This document shows positions 12,453 to 25,614 of a DNA stretch of 64,000 bases, piece after piece; position 1 is the stretch's first letter; the number at the start of each line of letters is the position of its first letter. The DNA comes from Felis catus (taxonomy: Eukaryota): positions 194,868,001 to 194,932,000 of the forward strand of contig NC_058368.1 of assembly GCF_018350175.1 (NCBI RefSeq), read 5' to 3'. The translations under genes were made by a program, and so were the position numbers. The notes beneath the pieces were generated by a model. The model was not told the origin of the DNA, did no database searches, and was given only the letters and a program-made list of their open reading frames with translations.

Positions 12453-13986
12453 CCTGGAAAAACTCTTCTGCAACCATTGCATCTCACTATCCAATTGCAT
12501 TTTAACAGCTCAGCATTATTATAACACAGTCACATTTTGTTCAAAACAACTCGCATACATTTCTCCTCTTTCCTCTTTAAAAACTTAACCTCCTTTGTCT
12601 TTTCAGAGCACTCTTTGGATTTCGGTTTGCAATCTGTATCTCCTGGTTTGCAATCCCTGAGACCCCAGGTAAACACATACACTTATTTTTGGTTTTCCCA
12701 CGGTCAACAGTTTTCATAGTCTCTTACAAACCAAATCCAATCTTGAGCATCCATTAAACTAGTCCTACCTCAGCACTGGAGCTGCTATATGGTCAAGAGG
12801 GCAAGTGGCTTAACTTTGGGCCTCTATTTCTCCATCTGGAAAATGGACACAAGTAATTCCTGTCCTGACTTCTTCACAGGTGGAGATCAACATATGTGAA
12901 AGTGTTTTGAATGTAAGGGGTTATTATAATGAGCTCTGTGCAAACAGCTACAAACTCCAATACCTGCAGTGCAGGCAGACAGTGGAAACAAGTGAAGGAG
13001 GACAAGTGTGAGTAAACAGATGACCGTTCCGTCTCGGTGTTGGGAATGCAATGAGGCATGGTGGGGAGTGGGGATAATTGGCAAGTCTGGCATCTGGAGT
13101 GGCCACCCCAGCTAATTGTTTCTATACAGCAATACAAGCTTAGATTAACCAGATATTCTCATTTTCAAGGACATTGGGACTTAAATGTTTATGCTCTATC
13201 TTTTGATTTTTAAATATTGACCACAAATTCAAACTTGGAAAATTGTGAGAGACAAACAAAATAATGTTATATGTGGGCTACTTCTATGTCAACCTCTGGT
13301 CTCAATGACTCCATTTCTCCCCTTTTCTGGAAGCCCTGTAGGCAGGTCGTATCAGAGAGTGCCCTTTATTGCCTAATGACAAGAACACAGCTCAAGACAA
13401 CTTGAACAATACAAACGTGCAGCCAAGACTGGCCCCTGAGGATCTGTACACACATTTCAGAGTTGGGCAAGAGATAAAGCTGGCTAAGAAAACACCTCAT
13501 GAATTAGGGTGACACTCTCTGTACAGGCTCTCCTCTCTAATGCTCTGAACCATTTCTCTGAACTCTCTCACCAACTTGAAACACAACTACCTTATCCCCA
13601 AAATGAAAGCAATTATAAGTGTCTTACCTGCCTAAATAAGATATTGGGCATAATGTGAGTAAAACAAAGAAATATACAGCAAGACTGTTTTGTCCCCAAC
13701 AATGAAGATGATGTTGTTAATGAACAGCATGCCAGGCACTGTTGTATATTAGGTATATTAATTAATTTAGTCCCCATGACAATCCAATGAGGTAGGTGCT
13801 AGCAGTATTTTGTGAAACTGAAAACTAAGGCACAGAAAGGTTAAGTCATTGCCCAGTGCTACACAGCTGCATAGCGGCAGAAATGGGAGCCAACTGATTA
13901 CAATCTTCCTTCCTGCTGAGATTCAGAATCCTTGTTGATAGAGTGACCCAAGAAAGCCTACCAACGGACCAAGCTGTCATGCAGAT

Positions 13987-14212
13987 TTTTAAATTTTTTT
14001 TAATATTTGTTTATTTTTGAGAGAGAGAGAGCACGCGTACACACAAGCAGGGGAGGGGCAAAGAGAGAAAGAGGGAGGCACAGAATTGGAAGCAGTCTCC
14101 AGGCTCTAAGCTGTGAGCACAGAGCCCAACATAGGGCTCGAACCTACTAACAGCGAGATCATGACCTGAGCCGAAGTTGGACGTTTAACCTACTGAGCCA
14201 CCCAGGCATCCC
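13987..14212 (-). mobile_element. CAN-SINE
   Basis: Ends TGAGCCACCCAGGCATCCC; TSD CATGCAGATT. Confidence 0.92.
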
Positions 14213-14358
14213 ATGACATGCAGATTAAAATCTATTTTCCCTACTCTCACCTAACTCAATGCCTCGCACAAAAGAGGTCCCATTACCCTTATTATACATC
14301 CCTCCTCTTGGACTTCGCAAGTTGTTATGAAGATCAAATCATAGGATGGGTATCAGGA

Positions 14359-14535
14359 AGGGTATCTCAACCTCAGCGCTACTGACATTTTGGATCAGAT
14401 AATTCTTTGTTGTGAGGAGCTGCTAGATGCCAGTGGCACACTCAACCACCCCCCTTTTGCCAGCTGCAACAGCAAAAAAATGTCCTCAGACATTGCCAAA
14501 TGTCCCCTGGGGGACAAAACTGTCCCTTGTTGAGC
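14359..14535 (-). mobile_element. MER20-like hAT MITE, internally deleted
   Basis: TCTCAACCTCAGCGCTACTGACATTTTGG...CAGACATTGCCAAATGTCCCCTGGGGGACAAAA. Confidence 0.8.
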
Positions 14536-14999
14536 TCTACGTGTGTCAACTATGATTAGTCAAATTCCTCTTCCTGGACCTCTGGTGATTCCCCCTGCTT
14601 CCCTGTTGCCTCTCACTTGCAGAGCCCCACCCTACGCTGGGAGGGGTCTCGGCTCCTGACTCTGGAATAAGAGACATCTCTCCAGGAGCTGCCTCTCCTC
14701 TGTTCTGAAACCCATCCCCAAGAACTTCTCATGTTAAGGGTTTCGTTGTTCATTCCTGCAGGAAACAGATGAAGTGTTAAAAGCAACAAACAAGACAGGA
14801 ATGGGGAATAACAGAAGTTCCAGAGTTCTCCGGACAGTAGAGACATAGAGAAAAAGCTTAGATCACAAGTAACTTGCTCTGCGAGTGTTCCGCAAGACAA
14901 GCAAACGTTTCTAATAAATTTTAACTTGATAAACAAGCGATGTCTTGCAACACGAGTAGTACGTGATGCTGAATGTCACATGATCACAACTGAGCCAAT

Positions 15000-15071
15000 G
15001 GTGGTGGTGGTGGTGGTGGTGGTGGTGGTGGTGGTTCTTCTTCTTCTTCTTCTTCTTCTTCTTCTTCTTCT

Positions 15072-15102
<31 letters not shown>
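15000..15102. repeat. Compound microsatellite (GGT)12(TCT)~14(CT)~12
   Basis: Read directly. Confidence 0.97.
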
Positions 15103-15107
<5 letters not shown>

Positions 15108-15647
15108 GGGATTGTGGGTGATTGTCTCCCATGCACAGATGCTGGGTCTCAGGCCACAATGTTTGGCAGAAATCAGTGATTTTTCAGAAGGTTGGAAGGT
15201 GCCCCCAACTGGCACTAGTGTGTTTTTTGTCCCTTCAAAGCACCTATGGACAGCCCTCCGCTGTTCCATACAAGAGTGAGCTTAGGAATGCTCTACTTCA
15301 TTCTGGGTCCGGCTGCCTGCAGATCGAGACCCTTTGCTCAGCTGCCTTGTTGTCAGTTACATTAAATACAGTATATGACAAGAGTTTATTAATACTGTAC
15401 TGTAGTCAACATCCATGCGAGTGTATACAATGGCCCCCATGCAGAAGAAGATTCCACTGAGCCAATAGAGAGTAGTGATTCCGTTAGTGATAGTGAAAGT
15501 CGCCCTACACAATAACGTTCCTCTCTCTTGTCTCCCTCACACCAGCCACGAAGGTTTTCAAAGGTAAGTGCAGGTTAATTTATTTGTCTTTATATTTTGT
15601 ATTTTCTTTATTACTTTGTGTTATATTATAGTATTGTAATCATTTTT

Positions 15648-15863
15648 TTTCAACGTTTATTTATTTTTTTTTTGGGGGGGGACAGAGAGAGACAGAGCAT
15701 GAACAGGGGAGGGGCAGAGAGAGAGGGAGACACAGAATCGGAAACAGGCTCCAGGCTCTGAGCCATCAGCCCAGAGCCTGACGCGGGGCTCGAACTCACG
15801 GACCGCGAGATCGTGACCTGGCTGAAGTCGGACGCTTAACCGACTGCGCCACCCAGGCGCCCC
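15648..15863 (-). mobile_element. Young SINEC_Fc
   Basis: CpG-rich, close to consensus; TSD TGTAATCATTTTT at 15635-15647 and 15864-15876. Confidence 0.96.
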
Positions 15864-17189
15864 TGTAATCATTTTTATATGAATATTTTTGGGTTGTGAA
15901 ATGAATCATCTGAGTTACCATCATTTCTTATGGAGAAATTTGCTTTGATACACAAGTGCTTTGAATTACAAGTGTGTTTCCAGAATGAACTATGCTCACA
16001 AACCAAGGTTTTACTGTATTACAATACCTACCTCATAGGATTGTCTGGGAGAACTAAGCAGGGCCTGCCCCACAGGAACCACTCAGATAAATAAATGATA
16101 AGCACATAGTAAGCACCTTACATGATTGGTCCTTCATTCCACAAATACTCTTTTATGCAGACCAGACACTGGCAAGTTTATTACAGCTTTGTGTACAGGA
16201 TTCTACCCCTAAAACTTACAAGGAAGGAACTATCACCACACTGGAATTCATGGATCAAAACACTGAGCCTCAGTGCACTCAACAACCTTCCAAGGGCAGG
16301 CTAGCGGGTGGAGGGAACACGATCGAAGCCTTCTGCGGCATAGCAAACAAACACAGCTTGGTACAGCAGGAAGAGATTCAAGTCCCGGCGGCTCTGCCAT
16401 TTACTCTGTGGCAGCCTGGAGTCCATAACTCAACCTCCCTGAGGCCCGATTTCCTCATCTGTAGGACGAGGGGTTGTCTAGCTCTAAAATTCCTTAACAC
16501 TTACCCCTCTCAAACCCGCCTCCAAGACAAGGGATGGTAATTTGTCATTAAATTAGGATTAAGAAAAAAATGTTTGAGGGGGGAAAGAAAGAAGATTAAC
16601 TCTCAAAGTGAGTGTTTCCCATTATAAAACCCCATTTTCTCGCTAAACACCGGATTAATGTTGCTGCAATTGTGTTGCTGGAATGAGTGGGGGAGGGGGA
16701 GCGGTAATGAACTTCTGCTGAGCAAAAATTTTCATCAGCGGGGGAAGAAGATCTAAATTAATGAGGAAGAAACGCTAAAAAAAAAAACAATCACGTCAGG
16801 CCAGCTTTCACTGGAATTACATTATTAACAAAATGCAATGAAACAACAATTGGTTCAAAGTGGAGGACAGAGAGGAAGCAGTGGCCTATTTATTCATAGA
16901 ATCCCAGAATCGTGGAGCAGGAAGGAAGCCCTGGTGAGCACAACATTCTCCACAAGTAACCAAAATCATAGTAACAGCGACTGTTAAGGGCTTTATATAT
17001 ATATTATCTCATTTAATCCTCACAATCCAGGAATATAAGTATGATCTCCTTTTTTTTTTTCTTTTGCTAAGGAAACTATATCCAGAGAGTCTTATTTCCT
17101 TACCCAGCTAATAAATTGCAGAGCCACGATTTGAACGCGGATCTGATGCCAAATCTTGTTCTCGAAACTACATCATACAGCTTCACTCT

Positions 17190-17760
17190 GGCTGGCCTCT
17201 GCTGGAATGTGTCTGTTGCCTGGGTTCGTACCACCTCATAAGGGAGCCGTATTCCATGGCAGACGTCTCTCCACTACAAGGCATCTTCTTAAATTGAGCT
17301 GAATATACCTCCTTGTGACTTTGTCCATAAGACACCGACTCTGCCACCCCCCTCATTCCCAAGCTTGTGACCCGACGTCCCACAGAACCCAACATCTATC
17401 CCTTTTCTGCACAGTAGCCCTTCAGAGATTTAAAGTCCATGATCACCCTGACATTTCTCTAGGATAAAAATCCCCAGCTCTTTTCTTCGTACCCCACTTG
17501 GCAAGGTCTCCAGACCCCTCCGATCTCAACCACCTTGTGCAGGACAAACTCGAATATGACAAGAGTCTCTCGGAGGGCTGAACCCATATTTCTAAGTGTA
17601 TCCTAAGTGTATCCAAGTTTATCTCCTCCCTCGTTCTAGGCGTGCTACTTCTGTTAATGTACTCCAGAGCCTATTATTTGTATTGGCAGCCAGATCACAG
17701 ATTGGCTCATGATGGGCTTGCTCCCAAAGGGCTAAGATGTCTCTGCATCTTTTCCAAAAT
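17190..17760 (-). mobile_element. CR1/L3 LINE remnant (MIR immediately to its left, ~16960-17185)
   Basis: CTTCTGTTAATGTACTCCAG...TTGGCAGCCAGATCACAGATTGGCTCATG resembles L3 antisense sequence. Confidence 0.55.
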
Positions 17761-18961
17761 GGCCTTCTTTAGCCAGTGTATGACTCAGCGCCATAGTTCA
17801 ACAATTAGTTGCTTCATAGGAGAATGCCCAAACAGATCCCACCAGAAAAAAACACCAAAAAAGCTCACGTCCCATTCAAAATCGCTTTTTCTTTGTGAGG
17901 AAACTAATTGGTATCAGTTGGTCCCACAGCAACAGATTATCCTGTTAACCAATAAAATAATCACCACCCCTCATATGCCCTTCAGTCTGTTTTATAAAAC
18001 ATTTCACCTCAATAACAAAAACTACCATTTTGAGCACTTAGGTGGGCACCAGGCAAGTTGAGTATCCTAACACAGGAGAATCTGGAAAGTTTGGCATGAT
18101 TCTTTCCTTTTTCCAGATGGAGAGACTGGAGCACAGTTTTCAGTGACCTGCCCAAGGTTTTCACAATCACCTTACCACTTTCTCTCCTACAAGTGCCAGG
18201 ACTGGTGTTCAAATCCAGTCTGCTGCTGGATCCATTTTTTTCCACCACAGCACAATGGCTTCCGAGTTCAAACTTCCTACCTGGTCCATCCCAAGAAGCA
18301 GAATTTGTCTACTTGTCTAACTTCTCAGTTAACCTTAGGATCCTAAGAAGGGAGAGACCAAGGGACTTACCTACATCCCAAAGACTGGTCTTCTTTCTGA
18401 GTCTTCAACAGCTAGTCTCTCTGTCCTGGATCCAGGCACAGAGGACGCCCCCTCCACCATCCCACCTTATTAATCCATGCTCTTCTTTCTAGCTGAGTCT
18501 CTCAGATCTCAGAGGACCTCTGCAGGTCAGAAAGTTGGAGAGGACAAAGTCACATCCCCTGCAGAGAAAACCAATCAATCCCGTCAACCCACCTGCTCTC
18601 AAAAAGAGCAGCTGATCAGCCACAGCTGATAAGAGAGAGGTAATTTAAAGGTCAAAGGAAGGCTGGATGTCTATCTGTGCTTCCTTCATGACAAATGTGT
18701 CTGAGATGTGAGCATAGTGAGATGGTGATATTTTAAGATGGGTAGCTTATCAAGAACACTGAATTTACCCAGACTGTGTCAGTCCCATTTTATAAAATGT
18801 CGTGCCTAGGGTTTCAAAAGGCAAAGCAATGGGCTGAAAGGAGCACTAGAATAGGGGCAGGGAGCCCAGAATACATATGGAGACTTGGCATCAGCTGCTG
18901 GTCTTTGGACCCATTGCTTGAACCCTTTGAGTTTCACTTTGTTCATTTTTAAAATGAGGAA

Positions 18962-19240
18962 TTATCACATGTGGAATTTAAGAAGCAAAACAGATGAACC
19001 TATGGGAGAGAGGGGGGAAGAAAAAAGAGGGAAACAAACCATGAGAGACTCTTAGAGAACAAACGGGGGGTTGAGGGAGGGAGATGGGCGGGGGGATAGA
19101 CTGGATGAATGATGGGTATGAAGGAGGGCACTTGGGATGAGCACTGAGTGATGAAATCACTGAATTCTACCCCTAAAACCAATATTGTACTGTATGTTAA
19201 GTAACTAAATTGAATTAAAATTTAAAAAGAAAAAAAATGA
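18962..19240 (+). mobile_element. Carnivore L1 3' end
   Basis: GTGGAATTTAAGAAGCAAAACAGATGAAC...CTGTATGTTAAGTAACTAAA plus A tail. Confidence 0.88.
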
Positions 19241-19325
19241 ATAAAAAATATAAATGAATGAATGAAGGAAATGAGGAGTTTTGTGAGCCACAGTCATAAC
19301 AACGCTGTAATAAGAATATGTAGCA

Positions 19326-19449
19326 GGGTGCCTGGGTGGCTCAGTCAGTTAAGCGTCTGACTCTCAGTTTCAGCTCAGGTCATGATCTCAGTTTCATGGG
19401 TTCAAGCCCCACATCAAGCTCTTCACTGATGGTGCAGACCCTGCTTGGG

Positions 19450-19490
<41 letters not shown>

Positions 19491-19549
19491 GGCTCCTCTC
19501 CCGCTCATGCTAGCTCTTTCAAAATAAACAAACTTAAAAAAAAAAAAAA
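19326..19549 (+). mobile_element. CAN-SINE
   Basis: Typical head, (CT)n, A tail. Confidence 0.92.
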
Positions 19550-20074
19550 GATGGAATTTCCCTTTACATTTCTAATCTCATGCTGCACAGGGCTAGAGCT
19601 CCAAGAACACTCAGAAAGCAATCAGTAACGCAAGTTAGAAGTAGTGGAACCCTCTCCTCAAAAGGAATCTTATGTGGAACCCCAATATGTCAGACTGATA
19701 AACTTTGGACTACTGCTCTGGTTGTTACTGAGTTTGGGGGCATGGAACCCCCACCCCCACCCACAGCAACCACTGGTACCTCTCTGAAACCTGGACACAC
19801 TAGGGAACAATCCCAAGACCAGCCATCTAAGAGCCCATTTTACAAATGGGGAGACTGAGGCCCAGAGAAACCTCAGTGTGAGCTTAGGCCAGAATCTCAG
19901 CTGAATGCAGAAACCACAAGTTTCAATTGAGTGCAGTTTCTACAGTATGCTGGGATGTTCATTCTTTTGCCTCTGTGTAACCCTATGCGTATCATATTAA
20001 ACACAATGTTCTAGAAGGTGACAGCTCTTACCTCTGCTTCAGTCAAAGCCCACCTTTGTCTCTGCTCTCTGTTA

Positions 20075-20320
20075 ATAGCACCAGCTAGTATTTATTGAGC
20101 ACTTCCTATGTGTCAGGTGCTATGCTAAGCATTTTTATATACATTATCTCATTTAATACTCCCAATGAACCCATAAGACAGCTGTTATTTTCATTTCCAG
20201 TTTAGACATGAGGAAACTGGGGATTAAAAAGATTAAGTGACTTGTCCAAATACATACAGCCAGCAAGAAGTAAAGCCAAAGTCAAATCCACAGGGCCTAT
20301 ACTGACAAGCCCTATGCTTT
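20075..20320 (-). mobile_element. MIR
   Basis: TATTTATTGAGCACTTCCTATGTGTCAGG...ATGAGGAAACTGGGG...AAGTGACTTGTCCAA. Confidence 0.8.
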
Positions 20321-21439
20321 CCTACCCAAGTATAACTTCCTTTGAACAAAGGGACCCACAGTCTGAAGGACCCACAGTCTGAGACAGAGGAGCAGCTGAC
20401 TTCTCTCCAAGCTTCTCGCCTGTGTCTTAGGTGAGTCAGTCAGCTAACAGGTCAACCACTATCTAGAATGAAACAAGGGGTCTTTTGCATGGCCACCAGT
20501 TGAGGGTCTCACCAAAACTATGCCCGCTAGGAGCCTGACCCAAGCTAGTGACCTCATGGGTCTTCCACTGCCACTGAAGCCATCACCAAGTCTGGTCAGA
20601 ACCCCTGACAGCCTGAATCAAAAGGTGTTTCCCTTCCCTCCCCCATTTCACCCGTAGCTGGTTCATCTGCAGTGGTTCTACGAGGCACATGAGACATGCA
20701 CGCGAATTCTCTGGGGTCATGCTGAGTTACTGGCAAGCCTAAACCCAACCTTCAGCTTTGGAACAACCTACTTTCTACCAACAAATTCTTCCAGCTTTTA
20801 CTTGTCCCTGATCTTTCTTGCCTTGACCCCCAAAATGCCAGCTCTGCACGAGGCTGCTGAGACAAAGGCTATATATAAATGCCTGGACCCTGACATTCCT
20901 ATTTCAGAAGTAGTCGATACATTCCTGCTTAAAGGTCCCACTCAACTCACCAAGCTTGCTGGGGACCTGAGTGACTGGGTCCCATTGGGAAGAACCCAAA
21001 AAGGAGATGGTAGGTAGACATCTTCTGACCTGAAACACCGGTTAGCAGGGACAGCTGGGCAGCAGATCCCAATGCCAGCTCTATCCATGCTATCCAGCTC
21101 TCCAAAAGGAACTCTGGTATCCACTGGCTCATTCTATAACCATATAACTAAATACAGCCCCCAAATATACTTAATGACAAGGAATGGTGCTCATGATTAT
21201 TAAAAAAAAAGCACATTTCATTATTATACTGTCAAAGCATATATATTTGTGCATATGCAGATAAAATATACATATCTTTTAAAAATAAAAAATGGAGTGC
21301 TATTGTATGAACTTTTCTATCATGATTTTATTCACTTGAAGTAGCATAAACATCTTTCTGCACATGCATACACATCTGCGTGTGTGAACCTCTTCGATGT
21401 TAATTACCAGTGATTTTTGTTTTTTCTTGTTTCCATAGT

Positions 21440-21985
21440 TTTGGTGGGCAGCAGTTGGTTTAGCACACTCTCTTTCTCCTTTGGGGAACAATCCATCCTG
21501 CCCAAACGGTTGTGGCAGGGCAATCACAGTGCTCTTGTCCCCATGCTCATCACCACCACCCTACCCCCAAGACTGTCACATTAATTGGCTAGCCAAGCAG
21601 ACCACTCTGTCCCCATGAGCATAGTGGATGGTTCAGAGAAAGCTCATGGCCCAGCCTGAGCCTCTAAGACTTAATATCTGAGCACTGTAAGAGAGGCTTA
21701 CCTTTCCTCTGGAATTTCAGGCTGAAAAGATCATAATAAGCCAAGAATTGCTGGGAGACGGATTATCCTGCTTTCATGATACTTAAGGCAGAAACCATGT
21801 CTTAAAATGAAGGCAAGACAGAGCAGAAAGTAGACCCAGAAAACAGATAAAGAACACTTATGACATGCTTTGAGCTTCTGGATCCAATCATGCCTGAAGC
21901 TGGACTGATCCCTGAAATTCCTAGCTGTGTCATCTGATAGATCCTTTCTTAAATTAATGTAAACTGGATTTCTGTAATAGACCTA
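21440..21985 (+). mobile_element. Old ERVL/MaLR-type LTR (LTR16-like)
   Basis: TTGAGCTTCTGGATCCAATCATGCCTGAAGC...TAAACTGGATTTCTGT 3' motif. Confidence 0.6.
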
Positions 21986-22169
21986 ACATGTATGTTTTCT
22001 AATATGCAACCATATGTGTGGATATTACCTTTTGTGAACAAGGGTAAGTGAACCCAATCATTCTTGAAGTTATCAGTGTATTACTCAAAGCTCTCTTCTC
22101 TCATTTTATATCACCAATTTTGCATACCACATTCCCGTATTGTCAATTAGTTCATTTTTCATATGTTAA

Positions 22170-23145
22170 TCTAATTAAAAAGTGGGCAGAGGAATGAAAT
22201 ACACATTTATCCAAAGAAGACATCCAAATGGCTATAGGTACATGAAAAGATGCTCAACATTGCTAATTATCAGGGAAATGCAAATCAAAACCACAATGAG
22301 ATATCACCTCATACCTGTTCAAAAGGTTATCATCAAGGAGACAAAAGAGAAGTTTTGGTGAGGATGTGGAGAAAAGGGAAAACATGTACACAGCTGGTGG
22401 AAATGTGTATTAACCCAACCACAAGGGAAAACAATATGGAGGTTCCTCAAAAAATTAAAAATAGAACTGCCATATGGTCCAGCAATACTCAAAGGAAATG
22501 AAAACACAATATGGAGGAGATCCTGCATTCCTCCATGTTTACTGCAACATTATTCACAATAGTCAAGGTATGGAAACAACTTAAGTGCCTGCAAATGGAT
22601 GAATGGATAAATAAGATAAATAAGTATGTATACAATGGGATATTATTTAGTCATGAGAAAGACAGACATCCTACCATTTGCAGTAACATGGATGGATTTT
22701 GTAGCCATTACGCTAAGTGCAGTTAAGTCAGAGGAAGACAAATACTATGATATCACTTACACGTGGAATCTAAAAAAGCCAAACTTATAAAAACAGGAAG
22801 CAAATTGGTAGTTAGCATGAGCTGAGGGATGGGGGAGTGAGGGGGAATTGAGGAGATGTTTAAGGGTATAAACCTGCAATGAATAATAAACAAATCCCAG
22901 AAATCTAATGCACTGTAGAGTGAATATAGACAATAATGTATTATAAGCATCAAATGTGCTAAAAGACTAGACCCTAATTATTCCAACCACAAAAAAAAAA
23001 TGATAATCATGTGACATGGTAGAGGTTCTCATTACGCCTAAATGTCAACCATATTACCACACATAAATGTATCAAATCAACATGTTGTACACCTTACATT
23101 TTCACAGTATTATATGCCTAATATGTTTCAATCAAAAAAATAAAA
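22170..23145 (+). mobile_element. L1 (L1MA/carnivore type) 3' ~1 kb
   Basis: Decayed ORF2 C-terminus (AAAGAAGACATCCAAATGGC...CAAATCAAAACCACAATGAG) and 3' UTR ending in an A tract. Confidence 0.9.
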
Positions 23146-24484
23146 TGACCTCCCAAATAAAAGCTCCTCAAAAGAGGGAGCTATGTCTACCTCATTCCAT
23201 GATGCCAAGCACCACATGTATTGTAGGAATTCAGAAAGCCCTGTCCCTCCCCCCCACCCCTCACCAGCTGAGGAGTGAGCACTGAGGGCATTATCACTCT
23301 CTCGTGAAGTTCATAAGAGCACTATCTGGGATTTAGGTCAGTGTTCATGTACAGAAGGATCAAATCCAGAATCCCTGAATGTCAGAGCACGAGGAAACCT
23401 CAGCCATCACTCAGTCCAGTGGTTTTCAAACTTGATCTACAAAGTCTAGAGCTGTGTGTGGAGGTTGGCAGGCAAGAGTCTGAAAGTCTAATGAGAGAAT
23501 CAGTTGCTTATGCTGAGTGAACTAACCCGTTTCCACCATTTAACCCATGGTAATTTTGAGAGTACAAAAACAGTCTAGTGCTTTAAAAAAAATTAAATCA
23601 CAGATCCAACCAACTCCTTTATTTTACACATGGGCAAGTTAGGCATGGGGAGAAGAAGTGCTTGGGATCACTCACTGACAGAGCTAGGTTAGGACATGGT
23701 CTTCTAACGTGCTCTAAATACATACATCTAAATACATGCTCTAAACTTCTCTCTGCTCTTCCAGATGCCTTTGAGTCTCCAGTCTCCAAAGTTTCTTGAG
23801 GCCCCTCAAGTCACTGCGATGACTCTCCAAGGTTTGTGAGCCTCAAACACCAAAGTCATCTGGGAGCTTATTAAAAATGCTAACTCCTGGGCTCCACCCC
23901 AGACTTACTAACACCTATTATCAGGTGTGAGATCCCAGGATGTGCTTTTTAACAAGCTGGCTCTAAAGTTTAGGCAGCACCATTTCTGGAGGACTCCCTC
24001 CAGAAACTTGCTATTCTTATCTGGAAATCCTCTCCATCCCTACCAGCTCCCTGCCTGGCTAACCTCTGCCCTCCCGGGGAGTAGTAATTGAATGTCACAT
24101 GTTGAGCATAATCCTAGAAAATCCTCTGTCATCATGTCCAAGTCCCAGTAGCTCAGAGTAATTAGATCTAGACTGGGGAGAGGCACAAAGGAATCATATT
24201 AATGCGGTTTGAAGTTTCTGAGGTTCATGCAATGAGGGAGACCAGGATCAGCAGAGGAAAACACAACCACAGATTTCAAGGGAGAGGAAGCATGGGAGAG
24301 CCACAGTACCTCTGGAACTTTCCCAATTCATGTTAGCTTCTCTTGCCCTTTCTGTTCCCAATCTGGTGTCCCATCAAACAAGGTCATGCATACATGGTGG
24401 CAAACTTCATCCTTTGTAATGTTAAGTGGTGGTGAATTTAAAGCTCCCCTTCCCTGGACTGGCTACACGTTAACAACTTGGTTT

Positions 24485-25553
24485 ACACATCTCCAAAGGC
24501 AAGGGAATTAAAAGCAAAAACTATTGGGGCCTCATTAAGATAAAAAGCTTCTGCACTGCAAAGGAAACAATCAACAAAACTAAAAGGCAACCAACAGAAT
24601 GGGAAAAGATATTTGCAAATGACATATCAGACAAAGGGCTAGTATCCAAAATCTATAAAGAACTTACCAAACTCCACACCTGAAATACATATAATCCAGT
24701 GAAGAAATGGGAAGAAGACATGAATAGACACTTCTCTAAAGAAGACATTCAGATGGCCAACAAACACATGAAAAGATGCTCAACGTCACTCCTCATCAGG
24801 GAAATACAAATCCAAACCACACTGAGATACCACCTCACACCAGTCAGAGTGGCTAAAATGAACAAATCAAGAGACTATAGATGCTGGAGAGGATGTGGAG
24901 AAATGGGAACCCTCTTGTACTGTTGGTGGGAATGGAAACTGGTGCAGCCACTCTGGAAAACAGTGTGGAGGTTCTTCAAAAAATTAAAAATAGATCTACC
25001 CTATGACCCAACAATAGCACTGCTAGGAATTTACCCAAGGGATACAGGAGTGCTGATGCATAGGGGCATTTGTACCCCAATGTTTATAGCAGTACTTTCA
25101 ACAATAGCCAAATTATGGAAAGAGTGTAAATGTCCATCAACTGACGAATGGATAAAGAAGATGTGGTTTATATATACAATGGAGTACTACGTGGCAATGA
25201 GAAAGAATGAAATATGCCTTTTGTAACAACGTGGATGGAACTGGAGGCTATTATGCTAAGTGAAATAAGTCAGGCAGAGAAAGACAGATACCATATGTTT
25301 TCATTCATATGTCGATCCTGAAGAAACTTAACAGAGAATCATGGGGGAAGGGAAGAGGGGGGAAAAGGTTACAGAGAGGGAGGGAGGCAAACCATAAGAG
25401 ACTCTTAAATACTGAGAACAAACTATGGGTAGATGGGGGTGGGAGAGAGGGGAAAGTGGGTGATGGGTATCAAAGAGGGCACCTGTTGGGATGAGCACTG
25501 GGTGTTGTATGGAAACCAATCTGACAATAAATTATAATTAATATTAAAAAAAA
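24485..25553 (+). mobile_element. L1_Fc-type 5'-truncated element with ORF2 C-terminal remnant (ORF 24699-25226)
   Basis: Translation [26 protein letters not shown]...[16 protein letters not shown]...[12 protein letters not shown] is the L1 ORF2p C-terminus; followed by 3' UTR and A tail. Confidence 0.95.
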
Positions 25554-25614
25554 GACCTCTGGTCACCATGATAAGGATATTAAGGTTAGAACAGTAAATT
25601 GGGGATAGATTTTA

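Larger units (their letters stand above)
11701..12709 (+). mobile_element. Solo ERV LTR (ERV1/MER34-like, family uncertain) interrupted by two SINEs
   Basis: Starts TGTGAAAGAAAA and ends GTCAACA; 4-bp flanks GTTC/GTTT; TATA-like TTTAAAA near 12576; U5-like T-rich end. Confidence 0.6.
14848..16016. mobile_element. Non-autonomous TcMar/Tigger-like DNA transposon
   Basis: TA on both sides (14846-14847, 16017-16018). The right end reads CAGTAAAACCTTGG on the minus strand; the left end GAGAAAAAGCTTAG is a decayed inverted copy. Confidence 0.7.

Noticed and set aside
14911..15279. Poly-V/L, poly-K/H and poly-R/T ORFs
   Set aside because: Translations of the compound microsatellite.
24699..25226. 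175-aa ORF as a host gene
   Set aside because: It is the L1 ORF2p C-terminus in a 5'-truncated element, with an in-frame stop just upstream.
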